From the human T2T-CHM13v2.0 reference genome, Homo sapiens, in the NCBI RefSeq assembly GCF_009914755.1, contig NC_060926.1: DNA of 64,000 bases, one strand, 5' to 3'. How positions within the stretch are numbered: position 1 is the stretch's first letter; each line of letters opens with the position of its first letter. The translations under genes were made by a program, and so were the position numbers. This document shows, piece after piece, positions 15,001-26,783 of the stretch. The notes under the pieces were generated by a model. That model saw only the letters and a program-made list of their open reading frames with translations. It had not been told where the DNA came from and made no database searches.

Positions 15001-18000
15001 TCAGAAAAAACTCTGTGAGGATTGCATTCAAGTCCCAGAGTTGAACATTCCCTTTCATAGAGCAGGTGTGAACACAAGATTTTGTAGTATATGGAACTGG
15101 ACATTTGGAGTGCTTTGTGACCTATTGTGAAAAAGCAAATATCTTCCCATATAAACTAGGCAGAAGCATTCTCAGAATCAGTTTGTGATGTGTGTACTCA
15201 ACTAACAGGGTTGAACCTTTCTTTTGAGAGAGCACTCCTGAAACCGTCTTTTTGTAGACTCTGCAAGGGGATATTTGGATAGCTTTGAGGACTTCGTTGG
15301 AAAGGGGAATATCTTCATATAAAATCTAGACAGAAGCATTCTCAGAAACATCTTTGTGTGTTAGCACTCAAGTCACAGAGTTAAACGTTCCTTTTCATAG
15401 AGCAGGTTTGAAACACTCATTTTTTGGAATCTGGAAGTGGAATTTTGGATCGCTTTGAGGCCTGTGGTGAAAAAGGGTATATCTTCACATAAAAACTAGA
15501 CAGAAGTATTCTCTTAAACTAATTTGTGATGTGTTTGCTCAACTAACAGAGTTAAACCTTTCTTTTGATAGAGCAGCTTTGAAACACTCTTTTTGTAGAA
15601 TTTGCATGTGGATATTTGGACAGCTTTGAGGACTTCGTTGGAAACGGGTATATCTTCATATAAAATCTAGACAGAAGCATTCTCAGAAACATCTTTGGGA
15701 TGTTTGCATTCAAGTCACAGAGTTGAACATTCCGTTTCATGGAGCAGGTTTGAAACACTCTTTTTGTGGAATCTGGAAGTGAACATTTGGATCGCATTCA
15801 GGCCAATGGTGAGAAAGGGAATATCCTCGAATAAAAACTTGGCAGAAGCATTCTCATAAACTAGTTTGTGATGTGTGTGCTCAGCTAACAGAGCTGAACC
15901 TTTCTTTTCATAGAGCAGTTTTGAAACACTCTTTTTGTAGAATCTGCATGTGGATATTTGGAAAGCTTTGACGAGTTCCTTGGAAACGGGAATATCTTCA
16001 TATAAAACCTAGACAGAAGCATTCTCAGAAACATCTTTTGGGTGTTAGCATTCAAGTCACAGAGTTAAACGTTCCTTTTCACAGAGCAGGTTTGAAACAC
16101 TCATTTTTTGGAATCTGGAAGTGGACTTTTGGATTGCTTTGAGGCCTGTGGTGAAAAAGGGTATATCTTTGCATAAAAACTAGACAGAAGTATTCTCATA
16201 AACTAGTTTGTGATGTGTTTGCTCAACCAACAGAGTTAAACCTTTCTTTTGATAGAGCAGTTTTGAAACACTCTTTTTGTAGAATTTGCATGTGGATATT
16301 TGGACAGCTTTGAGGATTTCGTTGGAAACGGGAAAATCTTCATATGAAATAGAGACACAAGCATTCTCAGAAACCTCTTTGGGATGTTAGCATTCTAGTC
16401 ACCGAGTTGAACATTCCAGTTCATAGAGCAGGTTTGAAGCACTCTTTTTGTAGTGTCTGGAAGTGGAGATTTTGATCGCTTTGGGGCCTAAGGTGAAAAA
16501 GGAAATATCTTGCCACAAAAACTACACAGAAGCATTCTCAGAAACTACGTTGTGATGTGTTTACTCAACTAACAGAGTTGAACCTTTCTTTTGATAGAGC
16601 AGTTTTGAAACACTCTTTTGTAGAATCTGCAGGTGGATATCTGGATAGCTTTGAGGATTTCCTTGGAAACGGGAGTATCTTCCTGTAAAATCTAGATAGA
16701 AGCATTCGGAGAATCATCTTTGTGATGTCTGCAATGAAGTCAGAGAGTTGAACATTCCCTTTAATAGAGCAGCTTTGAAACATTCTTTTTGTAGTATCTG
16801 GAAATGGACATTTAGATCTCTTTGAGGTCTATGGTGAATAAGGAAATATCTTCGCATAAAAACTAGACGGAAGCAGTCTCCAAAACTTGTTTGGAATGTG
16901 TGTACTCAACTAACAGAGTTGAATCTTTCTTTTGATAGAGCAGTTTCGAAACACTCTTTTTGTAGAATCTGCAAGTGGATATTTGGATAGCTCAGAGGAT
17001 TTCGTTGGAAACGGGAATATGTCCATATAAAACCTAGACAGAAGCATTCTCAGGAAAATCTCTGTGAGGATTGCATTCAAGTCCCAGAGTTGAACATTCC
17101 CTTTCATAGAGCAGGTGTGAACACAAGATTTTGTAGTATATGGAACTGAACATTTGGAGTGCTTTGTGACGTATTGTGAAAAAAGAAATATCTTCCCATA
17201 TAAACTAGGCAGAAGCATTCTCAGAAACCAGTTTGTGATGTGTGTACTCAACTAACAGGGTTGAACCTTTCTTTTGAGAGAGCACTCTAGAAACACTCTT
17301 TTTGTAGACTCTGCAAGGGCATATTTGGATAGCTTTGAGGACTTCGTTGGAAACGGGTATATCTTCACATAAAATCTAGACAGAAGCATTCTCAGAAACA
17401 TCTTTGGGATGTTTGCATTCAAGTCACAGAGTTGAACATTCCATTTCATGGAGAAGGTTTGAAAAACTCTTTTTGTGGAATCTGGAAGTGGACATTTGGA
17501 TCGCATTCAGGCCAATGGTGAGAAAGGGAATATCCTCGAATAAATACTTGAGAGAAGCATTCTCATAAACTAGTTTGTGATGTGTGTGCTCAGCTAACAG
17601 TGCTGAACCTTTCTTTTCATAGAGTAGTTTTGAAACACTCTTTTTGTCGAATCTGCATGTGGATATTTGGAAAGCTTTGAGGATTTCATTGGAAATGGGA
17701 ATATCTTCATATAAAATCTATGCAGAAGCATTCTCAGAAATATCTTTGGCGTGTTAGCATTCAAGTCACAGAGTTGAACATTCCGTTTCATGGAGCAGGT
17801 TTGAAACACTCTTTTTGTGGAATCTGGAAGTGGACATTTGGATCGTTTTGAGGCCTGTGGTGAAAAAGGGAATATCTTTGCATAAAAACTAGACACAAGT
17901 ATTCTCATAAACTAGTTTGTGATGTGTTTGCTCAACTAACAGAGTTGAACCTTTCTTTTGATACAGCAGTATTGAAACACTCTTTTTGTAGAATTTGCAT

Positions 18001-21000
18001 GTGGATATTTGGACAGCTTTGAGGATTTCGTTGGAAACGGGAAAATCTTCATATGAAATAGAGACACAAGCATTCTCAGAAACCTCTTTGGGATGTTAGC
18101 ATTCGAGTCACAGAGTTGAACATTCCCTTTCATAGAGCAGATTTGAAGCACTCTTTTTGTAGTATCTGGAAGTGGACATTTTGATCGCTTTGAGGCGTAA
18201 GGTGAAAAAGGAAATATCTTGCCACAAAAACTACACAGAAGCATTCTCAGAAACTACGTTGTGATGTGTTTACTCAGCTAACAGAGTTGAACCTTTCTTT
18301 TGATAGAACAGTTTTGAAACACTCTTTTTGTAGAATCTGCAGGTGGATATTTGGATACCTTTGAGGATTTCCTAGGAAAAGGGAATATCTTCATATAAAA
18401 TCTAGACAGAAGCATTCGCAGAATCACCTTTTTGATGTTTGCATGGAAGTCAGAGAGTTGAACATTCCCTTTCATAGAGCAGCTTTGAAACACTCTTTTT
18501 GTAGTATCTGGAAATGGACATTTAGATCTCTTTGAGGTCTATGGTGAAAAAGGAAATATCTTCGCCTAAAAACTAGACGGAAACAGTCTTCAAAACTTGT
18601 TTGGAATGTGTGTACTCAACTAACACAGTTGAATCTTTCTTCTCATAGAGTAGTTTTGAAACACTCTTTTTGTAGAATCTGCAAGTGGATATTTGGATAG
18701 CTTAGAGGATTTCGTTGGAAACGGGAATATGTCCATAGAAAACCTAGACAGAAGCATTCTCAGAAAAATCTCTGTGAGGATTGCATTCAAGTCCCAGAGT
18801 TGAACATTCCCTTTCATAGAGCAGGTGTGAACACGAGATTTTGTAGTATATGGAACTGGACGTTTGGAGTGCTTTGTGACCTATTGTGAAAAAGGAAATA
18901 TCTTCCCATATAAACTAGGCAGTAGCACTCTCAGAAACCAGTTTGTGATGTGTGTAGTCAACTAACAGGGTTGAACCTTTCTTTTGAGAGAGCACTCTTG
19001 AAACAGTCTTTTTGTAGACTCTGCAAGGGGATATTTGGATAGCTTTGAGGACTTTGTTGGAAAGGGGAATACCTTCATATAAAATCTAGACAGAAGCATT
19101 CTCAGAAACATCCTTGGGATGTTTGCATTCAAGTCACAGAGTTGAACATTCCCTTTCATGGAGCAGTTTTGAAACACTCTTTTTGTGGAATCTGGAAGTG
19201 GACATTTGGATCGCATTGAGGCCTAAGGTGAAAAAGGGAATATCTTCGAATAAAAACTAGACAGAAGCGTTCTCATAAACTAGTTTGTGATGTGTGTGCT
19301 TAACTAACAGAGCTGAACCTTTCTTTTCATAGAGCTGTTTTGAAACACTCTTTTTGTAGAATCTGCATGTGGATATTTGGAAAGCTTTGAGGATTTCGTT
19401 GGAAATGGGAATATCTTCATATAAAATCTATGCAGAAGCATTCTCAGAAATATCTTTGGCGTGTTATCATTCAAGTCACAGAGTTGAACATTCCGTTTCA
19501 TGGAGAAGGTTTGAAACACTCTTTTTGTGGAATCTGGAAGTGGACATTTGGATCGCTTTGAGGCCTGTGGTGAAAAAGGGAATATCTTTGCATAAAAACT
19601 AGACACAAGTATTCTCATAAACTAGTTTGTGATGTGTTTGCTCAACTAACAGAGTTGAACCTTTCTTTTGATACAGCAGTTTTGAAACACTCTTTTTGTA
19701 CAATTTGCATGTGGATATTTGGACCGCTTTGAGGATTTCGTTGGAAACGGGAAAATCTTCATATGAAATCGAGACACAAGCATTCTCAGAAACCTCTTTC
19801 GGATGTTAGCATTCGAGTCACAGAGTTGAACATTCCCTTTCATAGAGCAGGTTTGAAACACTCTTTTTGCAAAGTCTGCAAGGAGATATATGGATAGCTT
19901 TGAGGATTTCGTTGGAATCGGGAATATCTTCATATAAAACCTAGACAGAAGCATTCTGAGAAACATCTTTGGGGTGGTAGCATTCAAGTCACTGAGTTGA
20001 ACGTTCCTTTTCATAGAGCAGGTTTGAAACACTCTTTTTGTGGAATCTGGAAGTGGACATTTGGATCGCTTCGAGGCCTGTGGTGAAAAAGGGTATATCT
20101 TCACATAAATACTAGACAGAGGCATTCTCATAAACTAGTTTGTGATGTGTTTGCTCAAATAACAGAGTTGAACCTTTCTTTTGATAGAGCGGTTTTGAAA
20201 CACTCTTTTTGTAGAATTTGCATGTGGATATTTGGGCAGCTTTGAGGATTTCGTTGGAAATGGGAAAATCTTCATATGAAATCGAGACACAAGCATTCTC
20301 AGAAACCTCTTTGGGATGTTAGCATTCGAGTCACAGAGTTGAACAGTCTCTTTCACAGAGCAGGTTTGAAGCACTTTTTTGTAGTATCTGGAAGTGGACA
20401 TTTTGATCGCTTTGAGGTGTAAGGTGAAAAACGAAATATCTTGCCACAAAAACTACACAGAAGCATTCTCGGAAACTACGTTGTGATGTGTTTACTCAAC
20501 TAACAGAGTTGAACCTTTCTTTTGATAGAGCAGTTTTGAAACACTCTTTTTGTAGAATCTGCAGGTGGATATTTGGATAGCTTTGAGGATTTCCTTGGAA
20601 AAGGGAATATCTTCATAGAAAATCTAGACAGAAGCATTCGCAGAATCACCTTTGTGATGTTTGCATGGAAGTCAGAGAGTTGTACAATCCCTTTCATAGA
20701 GCAGCTTTGAAACACTCTTTTTGTAGTATCTGGAAATGGACATTTAGATCTCTTTGAGGTCTATGGTGAAAAAGGGAATATCTTCGCCTAAAATCTAGAC
20801 GGAAGCAGTTTTCAAAACTTGTTTGGAATGTGCGTACTCAACTAACAGAGTTGAATCTTTCTTTTGATAGAGCAGTTTTGAAGCACTCTTTTTGTAGAAT
20901 CTGCAAGTGGATATTTGGATAGCTTAGAGGATTTCGTTGGAAACGGGAATATGTCCATATAAAACCTAGACAGAAGCATTCTCAGAAAAATCTCTGTGAG

Positions 21001-21217
21001 GATTGCATTCAAGTCCCAAATTTGAACATTCCCTTTCATAGAGCTCGTTTGAAACACTCTTTTTGTAGTATCTGGAAGTGCACATTTGGAGCGCATTGAG
21101 GTCTATGGTGAAAAAGGAAATATCTTCCCATAAAAAGAAGACAGAAGCATTCTCAGAAACTTGTTTAGGATGTGTGCACTCAACTAACAGAGTTGAAACT
21201 TTCTTTTGATAGAGCAG
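1..21217 (+). repeat. Alpha satellite array (171-bp monomers, dimeric A/B, SF2-like), diverged 10-mer HOR of ~1.71 kb
   Basis: Continuous tandem monomers (CATTCTCAGAAAC...GAGTTGAAC...TTTGAAACACTCTTTTTGTAG). Monomers alternate between CENP-B-box type and GGTGAAAAAGGAAATATC (pJalpha) type. A once-per-HOR marker (GAAGCAGTCT or close variant) lies at 811, 2520, 4231, 6284, 7994, 9704, 11411, 13119, 14825, 16874, 18584 and 20806. The SF2 assignment comes from recalled consensus (GGATAGCTTTGAGGATTTCGTTGG). The array ends at ...GATAGAGCAG 21217. Confidence 0.98.
253..269 (+). promoter_or_regulatory. CENP-B box (representative intact copy)
   Basis: TTTCGTTGGAAACGGGA matches the 17-bp consensus. Another intact copy is at 937-953, and the motif recurs through the array. 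Confidence 0.95.
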
Positions 21218-21886
21218 AACACTAAATTGAAGTTTAAAATAATTGTAACAATTCCATCTTATATAGCAGGTCAGATTTCATAGTTTGGTTCAAGTAGTTT
21301 TCAAGTGACAAATTTTCAAGGTTTTTAGTTTTCAAGAGTTGTGCAACTTCGTCAGCCAGAAATCAAGCAAAAGGCTAGATAAGTAGCAGCAGGTGCGGGA
21401 TTCTTGATATTGAAACTTTTAGGACTTTTCTCCTTAGGGATTCCAATGTTGTACATTTTATTTCCAGTATAACCCCTATGCATAGGATAAAGTAGTTTCA
21501 CATGTTTGATTTTTCTAATTAGTTATTTGGGTCTCAAAATGTCCAGTTTATCAAAACATCTTGTGCTGTGTACTGGGGACTATCTACTATAGCCTGATCA
21601 TTGAATTTTTCAAGAACTTAAAGGGTTCCCTAAGTCCAAGGAAGACAATCAGCGTCTACAGGTCAGGAGGAGAAGGGGAAAGGGCATTCTAATCATTGCT
21701 TTGTTTTCATTGATTCTGTTGTTGCTTTCTTGCCATTGAAAGTACTCTTGCAGTCTGGTAATCATTATCCTTTGCCACCAGGATGCCCTTTCTATTTGAG
21801 ATCCCTCAATCTTCATGTTGATCCATAAAAAGGCTTCAAAGTTACAACCATTTTTTTTAGTTCCCAGACTAACAAAAATAATCTAG

Positions 21887-22279
<393 letters not shown>

Positions 22280-22392
22280 TAAGAAGTTTAACTTGGTATT
22301 CTATTTCTGATGGAAGGATGGCTGAAAGAAGGGAGACTCAAACAACAGATGAAGGCAAAATACTCTGTACTGAATTTTCAATGTAATCTTAA

Positions 22393-22633
<241 letters not shown>

Positions 22634-23379
22634 TAACTGCCTCATAAATACTGTTAATATATTGAAAGTTTTGCCCTAGGCTTTTATTAAAGTCAACTAT
22701 ATAGAAAAAGTTTCTCCTATCTTGAAATGTATTATTAAAGACATCATCCCCAATAATATTCCATATTCTCTGTTTAGGAACCCCAATTGTTTTCAAATTC
22801 AAGAATTCAGAGAAATCTACTTGTTACAAAAGAGTAGAATGGATAATGGGCACCACATCCTGAAGTGTATTTTAATAAAAATTCATGTAAGATGGTTCAA
22901 AATTTCATTAACTACTTTATATAAAAAAAATGCCTGGGAGAATTCTGTTTCTAGCAGAGTGGCAGACTGATGCCTTGAACAACCCTCTTATTACAAAACT
23001 GAATACTCCACATGAAAACAAATCTTTTCAAATGCATTGTTAAGCTGTGAAGAGAATAACGAAAGTTCTAAGAAACCAAAATCTAAATGAAAACACAAGT
23101 CCAGGCAGGCACTGAAAACCTAAAAAAAAAAAAGAACTGAAGAGGCCAATTGTTGGCAAGCATGTGGAACAGCAGGAACTCTTTAAGCTGCTGCTGGTGG
23201 CGGAGGCCAAGCCACTGTGCTCCCCGAACACAACACAGAAGCCTCCACACTGAAGCAGAGCACAGGTGCCCTGGAGTCTCCACCCCACCCAGGGATCCTC
23301 CAGCAGAAGTGTGTGTGCCCCTGCATACCTGCAAGTCCCATATCCAGACCTAGTGTTCAGGGCCGTGGGATAACAGCCA

Positions 23380-23765
23380 AAAATAGGAAATCATTTTACT
23401 CATCAATGGAAAAATGGTGACACAGTCATATAATGGAACTCAACAATGACGATAAATCAATGTCTGCCATAGACAAGAACATGGATGTGTTCTGTAATAC
23501 TGAACCAAAGAAGCCAGGCTAAATAGAATGTGCTGTATTTTATAGAAGTCAAAACCAGGCAGAACAAATCTACATCAGGAACTGGGAAAGTAGCTATTTT
23601 GTAGGTTGGGGCAGCAGTGCCTGGGAGAGGCCACAGGTCAAGGCTACTGCTTGGTCCAGGGCGTGGCAGCCTGGTGTGCTACAGTTCATCTAGATGCACA
23701 CTTATGATTCGGGCACTCTTCTGTATGTACATTAACATTTCAATAAAAAGCTTATTAAAACATTA
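23380..23765 (+). mobile_element. Old L1 (L1ME/L1MC-like) 3' end fragment
   Basis: Degenerate L1 3' UTR motifs ending ...TCTGTATGTACATTAACATTTCAATAAAAAG. Boundaries approximate. Confidence 0.6.
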
Positions 23766-24374
23766 AAACTTTCAGAAAAATCCACATTGCTTCAGTAGAA
23801 ATTAGCACATTAACGTTTAAAAAATACATGTATATGGTGGGGGAAAAAATAGTTCAAAAGAGTATCCAGTGAAAAGTTTAAGAGGGAGTGATGCCAGCAA
23901 GGGGCTGATCAATAACCCCTTGCACTCATCCCCTGACAAAGACAGCCAAAGCAGCAAACAGCTATATTTTGATGAAAGTCACTAAAGGAGAGCCCCAGAG
24001 TGCATCAAGGAGTAGCAGAAATCCAGTAGAGCCCGGAAAACAGGACAGTCACATAAAGGAGGGAAGGAAACATCTGGCCCCCACCACCCATTCCCCCAGA
24101 GGGATCAGCCTGAAGCAGAGGGGATGTCTCCCTGCAGGGATAAGGAAGCAAGAGGGGCCCAGTAGCCCCAGCACTCCCCTCAGAGAAGGAACTGACATTG
24201 TGCCCCACCCCCATGGACCAGCTGCTGCTGCAACGTGCCCTCCTGGACCTGGACCACTTCGGGAGCATGTCCCACCCAGGGTGAGCAGCCACCGCACCCT
24301 TCTTCCATCCTCAGGCTTTGTTGCTCTATATCACACCCACCTAGTGGCCCACCACCCCCGAGCCGCTGTTACAC

Positions 24375-24806
24375 TGTCTTAGGCCATTTAGTGTGGCTGT
24401 AACACAATACTTGAGACTCGGGGTAACTTATTTTATAAAAAAGGTTTATTTGGCTCACCCTGCTTGTGTCTGAAAAGTCCGAGATCGGGCAGCACAACTG
24501 GCGAGGGTCTTATGCTGCTTCATCTCATGGGGAAAGTGGAAGGCGAAACAGGTGTATGCAAGGGGCTCACATGGCAAGAGAGGAAACACGAGAGTCTAGG
24601 AAGCTGAACTCACTCTGATAACAATCCACTCCTGGTAACTAATCCAGTCCCATGAAAAGGCATTAATCTATTCATAAAGGATCTGCCCTGTGACCCAAAT
24701 AACTCCCACTAGGCCCCACCTCCCACACCACCACATTTGGAATCAAATCTCAAATGGATGAAATTTCAAATGGCTGGTGGGAACAAATGATGTCCACATC
24801 ACAGCA
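24375..24806 (-). mobile_element. MaLR solo LTR (MST/MLT1A-like)
   Basis: Termini TGTCTTAG...ATCACAGCA, internal GGTTTATTTGGCTCAC and CCCACTAGGCCCCACCTCC motifs, and a 5-bp TSD TACAC on both sides. Confidence 0.85.
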
Positions 24807-25469
24807 TACACCCCACCTGCGGGGCCACGCTGCTGTGCCCCTCCCCTCCCAGCTGCCATTGCGCCCTGCCCCTTGGAGCCTGAGCTGACTTGGTGCCCTG
24901 CTTTCCAGGGAGTCAGTGCCTTGGCCAGTCTGAGCAGTCACATCCCCCACTGCACGAGAGCTGAAGCACTGCCCTGCTTCACAGGGAATCAGTGACTTGG
25001 CTGAGCTGAGCAGCCACACCTGCCAGGGATGAGCCAACATGGCACCCCCATATCCCAGGAAAACAGCATTGGCTGAACTGGGGTACCTTGCCCTTCAGGA
25101 CAAACAACTGTAGAACCCTGCTTCCTTGGAACTGGACTAGCCCTAGAGAATCTGAGTTGCCCAGGCACCTGCCTCCCCAGGGAGAGAAGTAGTTGCTGCA
25201 CTGGTCCCTGCCCCCAAGGGCCCAAGCCACAGTAGTGCTCCACCATTCTGGGGTCCTTGCTGATGCTGCGCCTGGCCTTACAGAGACTGAGATGCTGCTG
25301 TGTCCCACCACTGCAGGGTCCAGAGTCACTATCATGTCACTCCCATGTCCAGAGCCACTCCCATCCCCTGGGAGTTTACTTCTTAAACTCTTCGCAAAAA
25401 CAGAGTGAGAGGAAATAATTCCAAACACATTTTACCAGGCCAGTATCACCTTAATACCTAAGCCAAACC

Positions 25470-25472
<3 letters not shown>

Positions 25473-25524
<52 letters not shown>
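25473..25524. repeat. (AC)26 microsatellite
   Basis: Uninterrupted dinucleotide run. Confidence 0.97.
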
Positions 25525-25525
<1 letters not shown>

Positions 25526-26455
25526 AAACAAAAACTACAGGTCAACTTCTCCAATAAATTAAATACTGATGCAAACATCCTAAAAAAATTTTAGCAAATA
25601 GAATTCAACAACACATCAAAAACATTATACATCGTGTTTAAGTGGGATTTATCCCTGGCATGCAAGGCTGGTTTAAAATATGTAAATCAATCAATGTGAT
25701 ATATCACATTAACAAAATGAAAGATAAAATGACATGGTCACCTCAATTGATTCAGTAAAAGCATTTAACAAAGTTTAGCAACCTTTCTTGATAAAACCTC
25801 TTAATAGTTTATGTATAGAAGGAAAGTTCCTCAACATAATAAAGACCATTTATGAAAAACCCACAGTCTAATCATAGTTAGTGGGGAACAACTAAAGCTT
25901 TTCCACTAAGATTGAGTACAAGATAGGGATGGCCAGCCTCATCACTTTTATTCAATAGAGTGCTTGCAAGAGCAATCAGATGAGAAAAAAAGGCAACTAA
26001 ATTAAAGAAGTAAAATTATCTCTATTTGCAGATGACAAGATCCTTTACGTAAAAAACTCCAAAGATTCCACAAAAAACTGTGAGAACTACTAAATCAATT
26101 CAGTTAAGCTGCAAGGTATAAACTCAACATATAAAAATCAGTTGCATTTCTGTATACAAATAACCTAGCTGACGAAGCAATGAAGAAAATAATCTCATTT
26201 ACTATAGCATCAAAGAAAAACAAAAACTTAGGAATAAATTTAACCAAGAAGGTGAGAGATGTGTACACTTAAAAACCATAAAACATTGATGAAAGAAATT
26301 TAGACATGAACAAATGAAAAGACATCCTATGTTTATGGATCAGAAGAATTAATATTGTTAAAATGTTCACACTACCCAAAGCAAATATACAGATTTAACA
26401 CAATCCTCATCAAAGTTCTGATGACATTCTTCACAGAACAGAATAAAACAATCCT

Positions 26456-26783
<328 letters not shown>

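Noticed and set aside
118-21096. Dozens of similar 65-160 aa ORFs (e.g. MFQSCSMKGNVQL...)
   Set aside because: They are translations of alpha-satellite monomers recurring with the repeat period, not a gene family.
1-21217. Regularly spaced repeats superficially like a CRISPR array
   Set aside because: There are no unique spacers and no cas genes. These are head-to-tail 171-bp primate alpha satellite monomers.
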